A stretch of DNA of 64,000 bases from the human T2T-CHM13v2.0 reference genome, Homo sapiens, in assembly GCF_009914755.1 (NCBI RefSeq), contig NC_060939.1; one strand, 5' to 3'. Below the pieces are notes generated by a model. It searched no databases. It saw only the letters and a program-made list of their open reading frames with translations, and was not told the origin of the DNA. Numbering within the stretch: the stretch's first letter is position 1; the number at the start of each line of letters is the position of its first letter. Both the position numbers and the translations under genes were made by a program. Shown here piece after piece: positions 51,269-64,000 of this stretch.

Positions 51269-52774
51269 GTGACTTGTAGATATGAGCCTTGCTTCCAGAG
51301 TCGGAGATGATGACAATGGCTGGGCCCAGACAACCCCAGCCAGATCAGTGCAGCGGCAGGGGAAATGAGACTCAAAGTGACTGCATGGGATTGTATTCAT
51401 TTGAAACCTCATTATTAGTTCTTGTTGCCTCAGGGAACCTCAGGAATGTTAAACCCACATGGTGGGGATGAACATATGGCCATCACATCCAGTGTTGTGG
51501 TTGGAATCTGGGTCATTATTGCCCTAGCTGTGCACCTCCTTTCCTGGGTGTGCAGAAGGACCAATGTCCCTGACCCCTAACTCTTCCATAACTCTGTGCT
51601 TTTTCATTTGCCATTCCCTCTGCCCAGAATGCTCTCTGCTTCACATTTCCTTCCCCCTCCTCTTGCTGATAAACTTCTATCCATCTTTCAGCATCCAGTA
51701 TGAATGTCACCTTCTCTTGGGAACCTCCCCTGGCCAGCCTCTCCCTGCTGCCCAGCAGAATTGGTCTCACCCTCTCTGGCTCCCCAGACACTCATTAGCC
51801 CAGCCTTAGGCAGCTGTCTCCACACCCTGGGTCTGCTGGTCTGTCTTCCTCATGCTGAGCAATTTAAGGTCAGGAACTGAATCCCACCCCTGTTTGTATC
51901 TGTGAGCACAGGATAATGCAGACTCCTTGGATGAGCTGCATGGATGCAGGAGGGAACTTTGAAGGATTTTGAGTCAAGGAATAAAGGAGAGAAGTCAGGT
52001 TGAGGAGGCATGGTGGATTGAACTGGAAAGAGATCATGCTGCTCAAGCCCAGCAACGAAACTATTTCTTCTTCTCCACCTGGGCTGCCTATTTAAAGCCA
52101 TCTGTAAAGATGTCCTCTCCTGATTCCACTGGCCATACTGGCCTCTTCTCTCTACAATGCTGCAGCTGCAAATAACAGCAGTCGGTGTCCAGTCAAAACG
52201 TGTCGAATAAATGAACGAATCCAGAATTCAGGCCATAAAGGTCAGGGCGTGGCCCCAGGAGGAAAAGGGGTGAAAAATATTTTTTTGGCTTTCTAGACAG
52301 GCCTAGATGACAGGCCTTAGTAGCTGGAGAAGTAGCATGGTGGCATGTCATAGGTGAAGGCAGGGTTGGAAAGCCAGAAGAAAGAACCAGTTTCAGGTTG
52401 GGACCTAGAATATGGTCAGCTCAAATGGTCCATATACTGGATTGAATGTTGAAGTCAACAAAGCAGGACTGTGATTAAGGGGAATATATGAAAATAATGT
52501 TGGAGAACAGACAGGGATCAGGACACATGGACCAGCTGAGACCACACCTGGTCTTAATCTGTGATGCTTCACTCTAGGTACAAATGCTAAAAGCAATGTT
52601 TGAAGATCTTTTAAATGAGATGTGCTTCTAATCAGAAATGACACGCAATTGTGGGTTGGCCTGCTAAGACTGCTTTGGCCCCTCAGTGGCTGTCACATGT
52701 CTGTCCTTGGTGCAATGTGACTGGGGGCTCCAAGTGCCTATGGGGAGCCTTCTCCGCTGGCTCCCATTTAGCAA

Positions 52775-52793
52775 TGTCCACTAGGTGGCGACA
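52775..52793 (+). promoter_or_regulatory. CTCF core motif
   Basis: tgtCCACTAGGTGGCGaca is a close match to the CTCF core CCAC(C/T)AG(A/G)(G/T)GGC(A/G). Confidence 0.6.
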
Positions 52794-54089
52794 GAGACTC
52801 ACTTGCCTCCCCTGCAGAGAGCCTGCTTTTTTGAGATACAAAATTAGCCTCACAATATTCCAGCTCTATAAAAATAGATTCCTCTTTGAAAAAAAAAAAA
52901 TCCCATAAAACTTCATTATATAAAACAGTGGAAATCTTAGCAAAGATATCGTCAAAGAGTGGAGAAGCCATTTAGGATAAATATACAAACAAAAGATCTA
53001 ATTATCTCTTTTATCTAAGCAGGCACTATGCAGCCTGATTTTCCGTTTAAGAGCTCATGACTCATTGGGTTCTGGCAGTTTCTCTTTCGGAGTTCTGTCA
53101 ATCTGTCTCAGCTTCTCTCCTGTGGTTTCATGGAGTTTATTTCTGCCTTTTCCTGAGGTTTGGGACACTACACCGTTTGTCTCTTTCCTCCTACCTAGAT
53201 TTCCACACAAAGCAGAAGCAAAGCCTTGCTCTGCAGGTTGCTTTATCAACCATTGGAAGATGGACAGAGGTTTTTTTAAGCTGTGTGAACAGAAGCAGAC
53301 AATTTTACTTTGTTATTTTCCCCTGTGCTACCCAGATAGCAGCAGCCACCCTGTAGGTGGCCACCCCCAGGGGCCACAGCCAATTATAGACGTTTCTGTC
53401 TCCCAGCTGTGGAACCTCAGGCAAGCCTTTGAACCTCCTTGATCTCAGCTTTCTCACCTGTAAACTAAGGATTAGCATAACACCTCCCTCTTGAAGTTAT
53501 TTTAAGACTGGATAAGGAGAGGGCAAGGGAGACCGAAAATTGCAAATCACTTTACAAATGTTGTACATCAATAGATCTCTTTTAAAAAGGGGCCGCTCTT
53601 GAAGAAAAAGTTGATTAATTTTTAAAAGCATGCTAGCTTTGGAGGGTTCTTGTGGCAAATGCGACATTTGAGGAGGATCCATCTTTGCTTACTGAGTGTG
53701 GAGGGGCATGCTCTAGCCCCTCCTATGGAGTCAGGAAGCACCCCCAGTGGCCATTCTGTGAAGAAGCCAACGCGGTGCCCTGAGTGCCTTGTGCCCAGGA
53801 TTATGTGCCCAACAGCTGCTTCACTGGGAGGAGGCCATTATGAAATCAGTGGTTTCCTGAAGCTGGTCGTGTCCATAATTAAAGAATGTTAAAACTCCGT
53901 AGTTGATTTTCCACTTCTGTCTCTGGCGGAAAGCAGGCTATTAATTGTCCCGTTAAACCGGGGTGGTGATGGTCAGCCTAGAGTCCAGAGCTGGCTGAGG
54001 CTGGAGTCTACATGGCTTGTGCTGGGCACTACCTTAGCATGGAGAGCACTTTTCACTGCTGTGGGCTGCTGGGGTCTGCCACACAGCAT

Positions 54090-54137
54090 GGCCGTCCAAA
54101 GTGCTGAGATTACAGGTGTGAGGCACTGTGCCTGGCC
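54090..54137 (-). mobile_element. Tailless Alu 5' fragment
   Basis: About 48 bp 'ccaaagtgctgagattacaggtgtgaggcactgtgcctggcc'. Confidence 0.8.
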
Positions 54138-54765
54138 AAAAAAAGAGTTTTTTTAAGGCAGTGCAACGATTGCAAAGGCCACACCCCAAGTGGATGTATG
54201 GTTATAACTTTTGACAAGTACTGCAAAATCTTCTTCCATATCTCACCCCTCTATCTCTCTATCTCATCACTAGTATTAACTGGGGCTGATACAGTTAATA
54301 CAAGTGGAAGCTGTTTTTATTTTTTCTAAGATTTACTTATTGAATAGTTATATGTACAGTCTAAAAGCCAATTTGCTGAATGTTCTATTAATATTTCATT
54401 CTATCAAGAAAAGAAAAAAGAACTGCCTGAAGTTCTTTTTGGTATGTAGCCTGAGATTCATTTTCTACCATTATGGTTGGTGATTGTTATAAGAAAGAAA
54501 TTAAATTCTCTTCCTCCCATTAAGTAATATGCTTAGAGAACCTATAAACCCATTTAACTATATATAAATAGCAATCAGGCAGAAGACAAGATTGGAGAAA
54601 AGAATCCATTTGTAATAGCGATGAAACAGATAAAATACCCCCCAAATAAATTTGTCTGCTGATGGCCACGGCTCTCTGAGGAATGGTATTGAGTTTCTCA
54701 GCATCACCAGAAGTATTGTTTTCTACTTGAAATTTGAAAGTGTAGGTGCAATAGCACATTGCTAC

Positions 54766-55063
54766 TTTTTTTTTTTTTTGAGACGAAGTTTTGCTCTTGT
54801 TGCTTAGGTTGGAGTGCAATGGCACAATCTCGGCTCACTGCAATCTCCGCCTGCTGAGTTAAAGCGATTCTCCTGCCTCAGCCTCCCATGTAGCTGGAAT
54901 TACAGGCACCTGATACCATGCCTGGCTGATTTTTTGTATTTTTAGTATAGATGGAGTTTCACCACGTTGGCCAGGCTGGTTGCGAACTGCTGACCTCAGG
55001 TAATCCGCCTGGCTCAGCCTCCCAAAGTGCTGGGATTACAGGCGTGAGCCACTGTGTCTAGCC
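54766..55063 (-). mobile_element. AluSq/Sp-like, full length
   Basis: 'gttttgctcttgttgc'; degenerate TSD cacattgcta / cacattacta. Confidence 0.95.
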
Positions 55064-55229
55064 CACATTACTATATTTTAATGAAACTTTAGTATACTCA
55101 TCCTAAAACTCCACATCCATGTTGCTTTATTGTAAAAAAAAAATGTCCAGAAATGGCAACAAATGGGGGCTGGCTCTTACAGGACAGGGCAAGAAGACAC
55201 AGTGGTCAGCTCTTGTGAAAAACATATTA

Positions 55230-56200
55230 AAATGCTCTTTTAAGCTACGCAAAGAAAGGAGACACAAAAGAAGCCTTAAGCAATGGAAAGGTCTACTGTT
55301 TGAACGTTCATACTTGGGAAGATTCAATATCATGAAGATGTCAAGTCTCCTTAAATTAGTCCAGAAGTTTTTAGGCATGTCAACTGAATCTAAAGTTCAC
55401 ATGGACAAACAAGCAAGCATATTCTTGGACAGAAAAATTGTGAGAAAAAAAAGAGTAACGAGGAGGGAAACATCCTACCAGATATTGAAACATATTATAA
55501 ATCTATAGTAATTAGAACAATGTGGTACAAATGCATGATTAAATCAATAATACAGACTAGAAAGTCAAACCAAATACATATGGGAATTTAGTATACGATA
55601 TAAACTACACCCTTAGGGAAAATGCGGACTATTCATTTAATGATATTGAGACAAGTGGATCATCTTATTAAAAAAAAGCTGGATCTCAGGTCTTACACCA
55701 AAATAAATTTTAGGTAGATTAAATATATAAACATGAAAAGGAAATCATACAAGTAGTATATAAAAATGGGAGATTTAACTAATAATATCAGAATGGGGAA
55801 GGCTCTTCTAAGAAACCACGCCCACACACAAATTAGTAAATTCGACAAAACAGAAACAACAAAAAATTTTGTGTTAAAAGTAACACTAAATCAAAATGAA
55901 AAGATAAAAGGCAAACACAAAATTGACAAGGATGCTTGCAACTTGTGTAACTGATAAAGGGCTATTTTCCTGAATATATTTCTCTATTCTATAATTACTT
56001 TCTTTAATATATTTTAAAAACTTCTGTAAGTAAGTATGAAATAGACAAATGATAAGAACAGTTATCAGAAAATGAAATACAAATGATTCAAACATGAAAA
56101 GATGCTCGAGCTCAGTCTATAATAATAGACCCTTAAAAGTATAATGAAATATCTTTTTTTAAACCCCTATCTGATTAGCAAAGACCAGCAAGTTGGAAAA
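55230..56200 (+). mobile_element. Ancient L1M ORF2 remnant
   Basis: ORF 55119-55508 contains 'LGRFNIMKMSSLLKL', resembling ORF2p '[14 protein letters not shown]'. Confidence 0.7.
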
Positions 56201-56769
56201 ACAGAGGGCTTTTTCAAAGATCAAGCTTGTGAGCCAAACTAAAGGATTCTGTGCTTTCAAGAATTACACTGTTTAGAGTTTGGACTTTTTGAAAAAAATG
56301 TACATGTCTATGAAATAAATTGGCCTTTTAAAAAAGAGTTTGCAGCAATGCTGAAAGTAGTGGCCAAAAGCATGATCAAGAGATAGGATATTCATCTAAT
56401 CTCAAACCATCTCCCTACAAGCTATTTATCAATTACAAAGTGAAAAATACTAACTGCACAGTGGTGAATCCAGGTAGCCACCATCCTGTCAGGAAGCCCA
56501 AACCAGCCACCTGGGGAAGGACTGGGGTTCTCGGCCACACACAACACCCAGTGCTGTCATGTGGGTAAAGGAGTCTTCACATGATTCCAGCGTTTAGCCT
56601 TTGAGTTTTTCAACTAAGGCCCCTGACATCATGGAGCAGAGACAAGCCATCCTTGATGTTCTCTATACAAATTCCTGATCTCTAGAATCCACAAGCATAA
56701 TAAATGGCTGTTTAACGGTGCTGAGTTTGGGGGTAATTTGTTATGTAGACAAAGCAAATGGAACAGGGA

Positions 56770-58830
<2,061 letters not shown>

Positions 58831-61800
58831 TGAAGTTTTTTAAGCATGGGCATCTCCAAGGCGTGGGTTTGGTTCTACTCTGTTCTCTCTCTTCAGTTGG
58901 ATTTGCTTCAGGGAGTGGGGGTAGTGCTATGGTTCTTAAGATTTTTAGAATGAAGCTTGAAGAAATGGATCAAAAAGTTCAAGAATGTTCTTTACATTCT
59001 TAATTCAGATTTACATAAGTTTTTGTTAATAAGACAAAAATTTTGTAATTAATCACGTGCATATAATTTACTTGGGTTTGTTCTGTTTTGTAAAGCTGAT
59101 TTCAATTATAGATATTTATAAAGAAAATGAATATCTGGCATTGTTTACATGCTAACACTTCCAGAGTTTTTATGAAAATTATACAAGTAGAAAGATGAAT
59201 TTTCATAAAATTTTCTTAGCAGCCTTTTTTATTTTTAGAAAGTAATACAAACTGTTCAAGGCTAGCATCAACATATTTCCAGACTAATTGTACTTGGTGT
59301 TTTCATACTTTTCTTTTGTGCATTCATTTATTATGCCCACCATATCCCTATTTGGTATTATCTGCATTTTACAGATGGAGAAATGGGAGTCTCAGAGAGG
59401 TGAAGCAATTTTTGCCTAAGGTCTCACAGTTGGTAGCAGATCAGGAATTAAAATGAACAGGTCTGGGTCCATGCTGATTTTATTAGGAGTTGTCTGGGTC
59501 TCCTCATGAGCCCAGTGTGTTCTTTGACCTTATGAAAGCAGCTTGTTTGTTGGCTTCCTTTAAGTAGCACCATGAAACAGCCTAGGGGGCCAGATCCAGC
59601 CAGGGATAGGGAAGGTCTACATTTGGTTACACGGAGGAGTGGAGGACCCAGAACTTTCAGGAAGGGGCAGATGTCTCTGTTGGCTTTTCATGGAGAGGGA
59701 CTCTTCTACAGAGCATCAGAGGAGATCAGCAATGAGAACTGGGCCTCCTTGACTCTCCTTGGAGAAACAATTGCAGGACTGGGGGCTGGAGGAGGTCCTC
59801 TTTTATTCCCAGTTCTCAGGAAACTCTGTCAGCATGGCTAAGGTCTGGGTTGCAATGTCCCAATGGGCTGAATCTATCCTCTGCTTCTGGATGCAGCATT
59901 AACAATGTATTGACGGTCTCTTACGTGGTTCTCTGGTCAGATAATTTCAGCTCATTTCAAGGCAATTTCAGTCCATAGTTCTAGGCCCTTCACCTGGGTC
60001 CACATCCTGGTAGTAACACTCTTATTCAGCTTTTTCATTCCTTGTTTCCAATTAAAAGGGACAGCTCAGGGAACACCCTCCAGCTACAATTTGCAAATTA
60101 TTTGCCCAAAGGAAGTTGATATTGGTATGTCTAATAATATACTTGTCCAGTATAGGTGTTTCTCAGACCATGGAACAACTTTGACTGGAATTATAGCACA
60201 GAGAGACAAAATAATTTGTGAGGAAAAACTCTAGAAAGTATTGCAAAGAGATGTGACTATATCATTTGTTAGTACAGACTTTTGTAAAATATAAATCTAA
60301 GGATAGCTGCATGGATATCATTAAAATACAGTATCATTTGATGATGTAAATTAGTCTGCACTTATAGGCATGAAGTATAAGAGCAATTATGCTGAAGTAC
60401 ATAAGAAATTGTTAAAGAGAATTTGGCTACAAATTGAGAATAAAAATGAAAACACTTAAAAATTATTGTGTTAGAAATGAAATCCTACTTTGTACAGTAA
60501 AATCTCAGTTATGTGACAAATATAACCCTGAAAAACATAATACTTGAAAGCATTTTCTTAGACACATAAAGTCTATGGGAAGTTGGGAAATGGAAGTGTG
60601 ATTTGATGCTTGTCTTTCATGTGTTGGAAGTCTGAGTAGTGTAGTGAAGCCAACAGTGATACTAACACCTTCGTTGGTAGATGCAAAAGGGCGTCTCAGG
60701 CAGTGGGAGTTACTGGTCTTAGAGACCAGATAGAAATAAGGGCCAGGATGAGGTTTGGACCTAAGAAGTCCGGAGGGACAGGGTGGGGCAGTCTCAGGCC
60801 TGGGGCTTCGATAGGGAGAGAGAGGGAGCAGAGCTATTGTGGAAGTCAGCATTCTGGGCAGACAGGCCTGGGTACAAATACCAGTGTGGGGACCCTAGCA
60901 CAGTATGGGAGCTCTGGAGCTTGGGGGCTAGTGAAGGAAGCCTGGAAGCAGGAGCTGGGACAGGGAGGCCTGTCTCACCTCTCTCCCGCTCCTCCTTTCC
61001 TTCCTCCTCTGGAGCTGGTTGTTTAAACATCACAGGGAAATTTGCACAGCCTGGTGGGTTCTCCCTACAAAGTTTCCAGCTTACAGACTTAGTACAGACA
61101 GAAACAGCTCCATGATGTTGAGCCTGTTGCTTGTCACAGAATGGGACTTAGTACACTGGTGACTACGATTAAAAGGGAAAGAGCTTTAAAAGGAACCCTG
61201 TAAGAGGGTTTGTTCTGTCCTGGGCAGTGTCGTCTCTGTGACCCCAGCGTGGGTGTTGGGAAACATGCCATTCAAAATGAATAGCGGTGAGCTACTTAGC
61301 GGGATTACAATCAATACACACAGGGCTGTTTGCTCTCCTTTCTTGTCTGAGACAAGCCTCAGAGCATCAGGAGGAGGCATTTGCCAGGGGTGAGGACCCA
61401 GGTGGGCAGAGCCAGTGGCTGTCATGGTGGACCACTGTCGTCCTGGCCTATTCAGAGCACCCTCACCCCACCCATGGCTTCCACTGGGGATTTGCTCATC
61501 CTTGCCCCAAGCATGCAGTACTCACGGGGTACCACATAGAGCCTATCTCCCTGCCGTTCCCCAGCTCCAAGAGATCTGGTCTAGAACTGAGATAGAGAAT
61601 CTTTCCTGGGGCCAGGACTTTAAAGGGAAAGACTTTCTTAGAGCCAGAGGAGACTATTTGCAACAGGGTCTTCTCAAATATGCCCCTGTGCTATTGGTTT
61701 GGGTAAGATCTAGTAGGTCACATCAGTAGTCAGAGAGCTAATGGTGTTTACACATTTTGATCTTCCCTCAGCCAGGGCTAAAGGACTACTAATAGCTACA

Positions 61801-62473
61801 GGATGTCAAATCCTGCAAGAATAAGAATGTGGATAGTAGAAAGGGAAATTTTAACTGCCGTTAGAATCGTAAAATTTAATCAAGTCCAGAAATTAAACAG
61901 CTGAGAGAAGGCCAAGTTTGGGGAAGTGGAATACAGTGAGTTATTCTCCTCACCTGGCCTCTGAAGACACAAGATCAGAGAGTGTTAGTGGAGGCACTGG
62001 CAAAGTCTAAGAGAGAGTTAAGGAGAATATGTGGAATGTGGTTGAGTTCCTCTCTCCCTCCCTCTCTTCGGGGAAAGGAAATGAAAGTTGGCAGCAGGGT
62101 GTATATATTTTTGTACTACTTGAATTCTTTATCATGCCAGAGCGCTGGTTTTCTATAAATAAAAAGTAACGCTGTAACAGTAACATTCAGTATGACTGAG
62201 TTGGGCTGAGATAGCCTTTCTTAAATATTGGCAAACAATGCTAGAAAGTAATTTGGCAACATGTTTCAAAAGCCATAAAACATACATATCCCTTTACTCT
62301 GGTTTTACTTTTAGGAATTTATCATAAGGAAATCATCCTTGCAGGATTTTTCTAAATGGAAAAATTGAAAACCACTTTGGAAATACCCAACAATAGGGAA
62401 ATGAAAAATCAGATCAGATACCAAAATGTGAATGTTGGTCATCTTTGCATGTGGTACAGGACCACAACCTCTA

Positions 62474-62743
<270 letters not shown>

Positions 62744-63239
62744 TTAGAATCCAGAATCTTTTGGAGTTCAGAAAGGTTAACATAGACCACTGGGGCTAGG
62801 AGAAGTGCCCTGTTATCAAACTCATTAATAGTTCTGCCTTAAAATATAGGATATTCACACTAAGTGGAATAAATGAAAGCTATGAACATTTTCCATCAGT
62901 TCAGCTCAAGTTTCCTCACCAAATTTTCCATCTTCAGAGTTCTCACATTTCCCACTTCTGCATAGAGAGTGCCCCAAGGCAAGGCTACCTTCAAGGGGCT
63001 GGTGGCCACTGAGCACCCCAGAGGCTCCTCTGCTAGTGAGCAGGTGAACCAGGGACTGTGGCTCTGTTCTGCAGACCTGCCTTTCAGGTTTAAGGGAGCC
63101 ATGTGACGGGGAAGTAGAAAACCATTTTATTTCACATTTAGCATTTTCTCTGTGCAAACAGCTCTCTTAGCAGCAAACTCCAGAGGGTAGAATCTGGGCA
63201 TTCATCCTAAACTCTCAACAGACCTTTGAGTTAATATTT

Positions 63240-64000
63240 GGGGGAGGAGCCAAGATGGCCGAATAGGAACAGCTCCGGTCTACAGCTCCCAGCGTGAGCG
63301 ACGCAGAAGACGGGTGATTTCTGCATTTCCATCTGAGCTTTGAAGAGAGCAGTGGTTCTCCCAGCACGCAGCTGGAGATCTGAGAACGGGCAGACTGCCT
63401 CCTCAAGTGGGTCCCTGACCCCTGACCCCCGAGCAGCCTAACTGGGAGGCACCCCCCAGCAGGGGCACACTGACACCTCACACGGCAGGGTATTCCAACA
63501 GACCTGCAGCTGAGGGTCCTGTCTGTTAGAAGGAAAACTAACAAACAGAAAGGACATCCACACCGAGAACCCATCTGTACATCACCATCATCAAAGACCA
63601 AAAGTAGATAAAACCACAAAGATGGGGAAAAAACAGAACAGAAAAACTGGAAACTCTAAAACGCAGAGCGCCTCTCCTCCTCCAAAGGAACGCAGTTCCT
63701 TACCAGCAACGGAACAAAGCTGGATGGAGAATGATTTTGACGAGCTGAGAGAGGAAGGCTTCAGACGATCAAATTATTCTGAGCTACGGGAGGACATTCA
63801 AACCAAAGGCAAAGAAGTTGAAAACTTTGAAAAAAATTTAGAAGAATGTATAACTAGAATAACCAATACAGAGAAGTGCTTAAAGGAGCTGATGGAGCTG
63901 AAAACCAAGGCTCGAGAACTACGTGAAGAATGCAGAAGCCTCAGGAGCTGATGCGATCAACTGGAAGAAAGGGTATCAGCAATGGAAGATGAAATGAATG
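63240..64000 (+). mobile_element. Young L1 (L1PA2-like) 5' end with spliced 5'UTR (SpIRE 97/622); runs off the window
   Basis: Starts GGGGGAGGAGCCAAGATGGCCG; junction ATCTGAG|CTTTGAAG at 63337/63338; 5'UTR is only 382 bp. Confidence 0.95.
63622..63951 (+). pseudogene. L1 ORF1p N-terminus with premature stop
   Basis: MGKKQNRKTGNSKTQSASPPPKERSS...; CGA to TGA at codon 110, and the frame continues CDQLEERVSAMEDEMN after the stop. Confidence 0.92.

Noticed and set aside
60060-60720. AT-rich block with a Tigger-like end (tacagtaaaatctc)
   Set aside because: No partner inverted repeat or transposase motif seen; needs a Dfam search.
63215-63619. 134-aa antisense ORF across the L1 splice junction
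   Set aside because: Non-ATG start, not ORF0 (that region is spliced out), and the antisense promoter is missing.

Overview
Primate (human/ape-type) genomic DNA, intergenic or deep-intronic. I recognise no protein-coding gene, RNA gene or CRISPR array, and the ORF track is repeat-derived or chance. The window is a mosaic of Alu (J, S, Y), L1 (young L1PA2-like to ancient L1M), MIR, L2, solo LTRs and hAT MITEs, with a few unique islands that look regulatory. Main observations: (1) a young L1 at 63240 whose 5'UTR is precisely spliced (SpIRE 97/622 type); (2) a 74-bp local sequence copied into a (TA)n array 666 bp from its donor; (3) a three-part sense/inverted/sense L1PA at 29159-32331 with snap-back junctions, templated filler, a tiny 3' transduction and a 30-bp tract identical to another L1 9,982 bp away; (4) one target site used by two successive Alu insertions. 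I found no new gene system; the novelty is in retrotransposition and repair scars. Subfamily names come from remembered consensus features, not a database search, and edges of old repeats are approximate.
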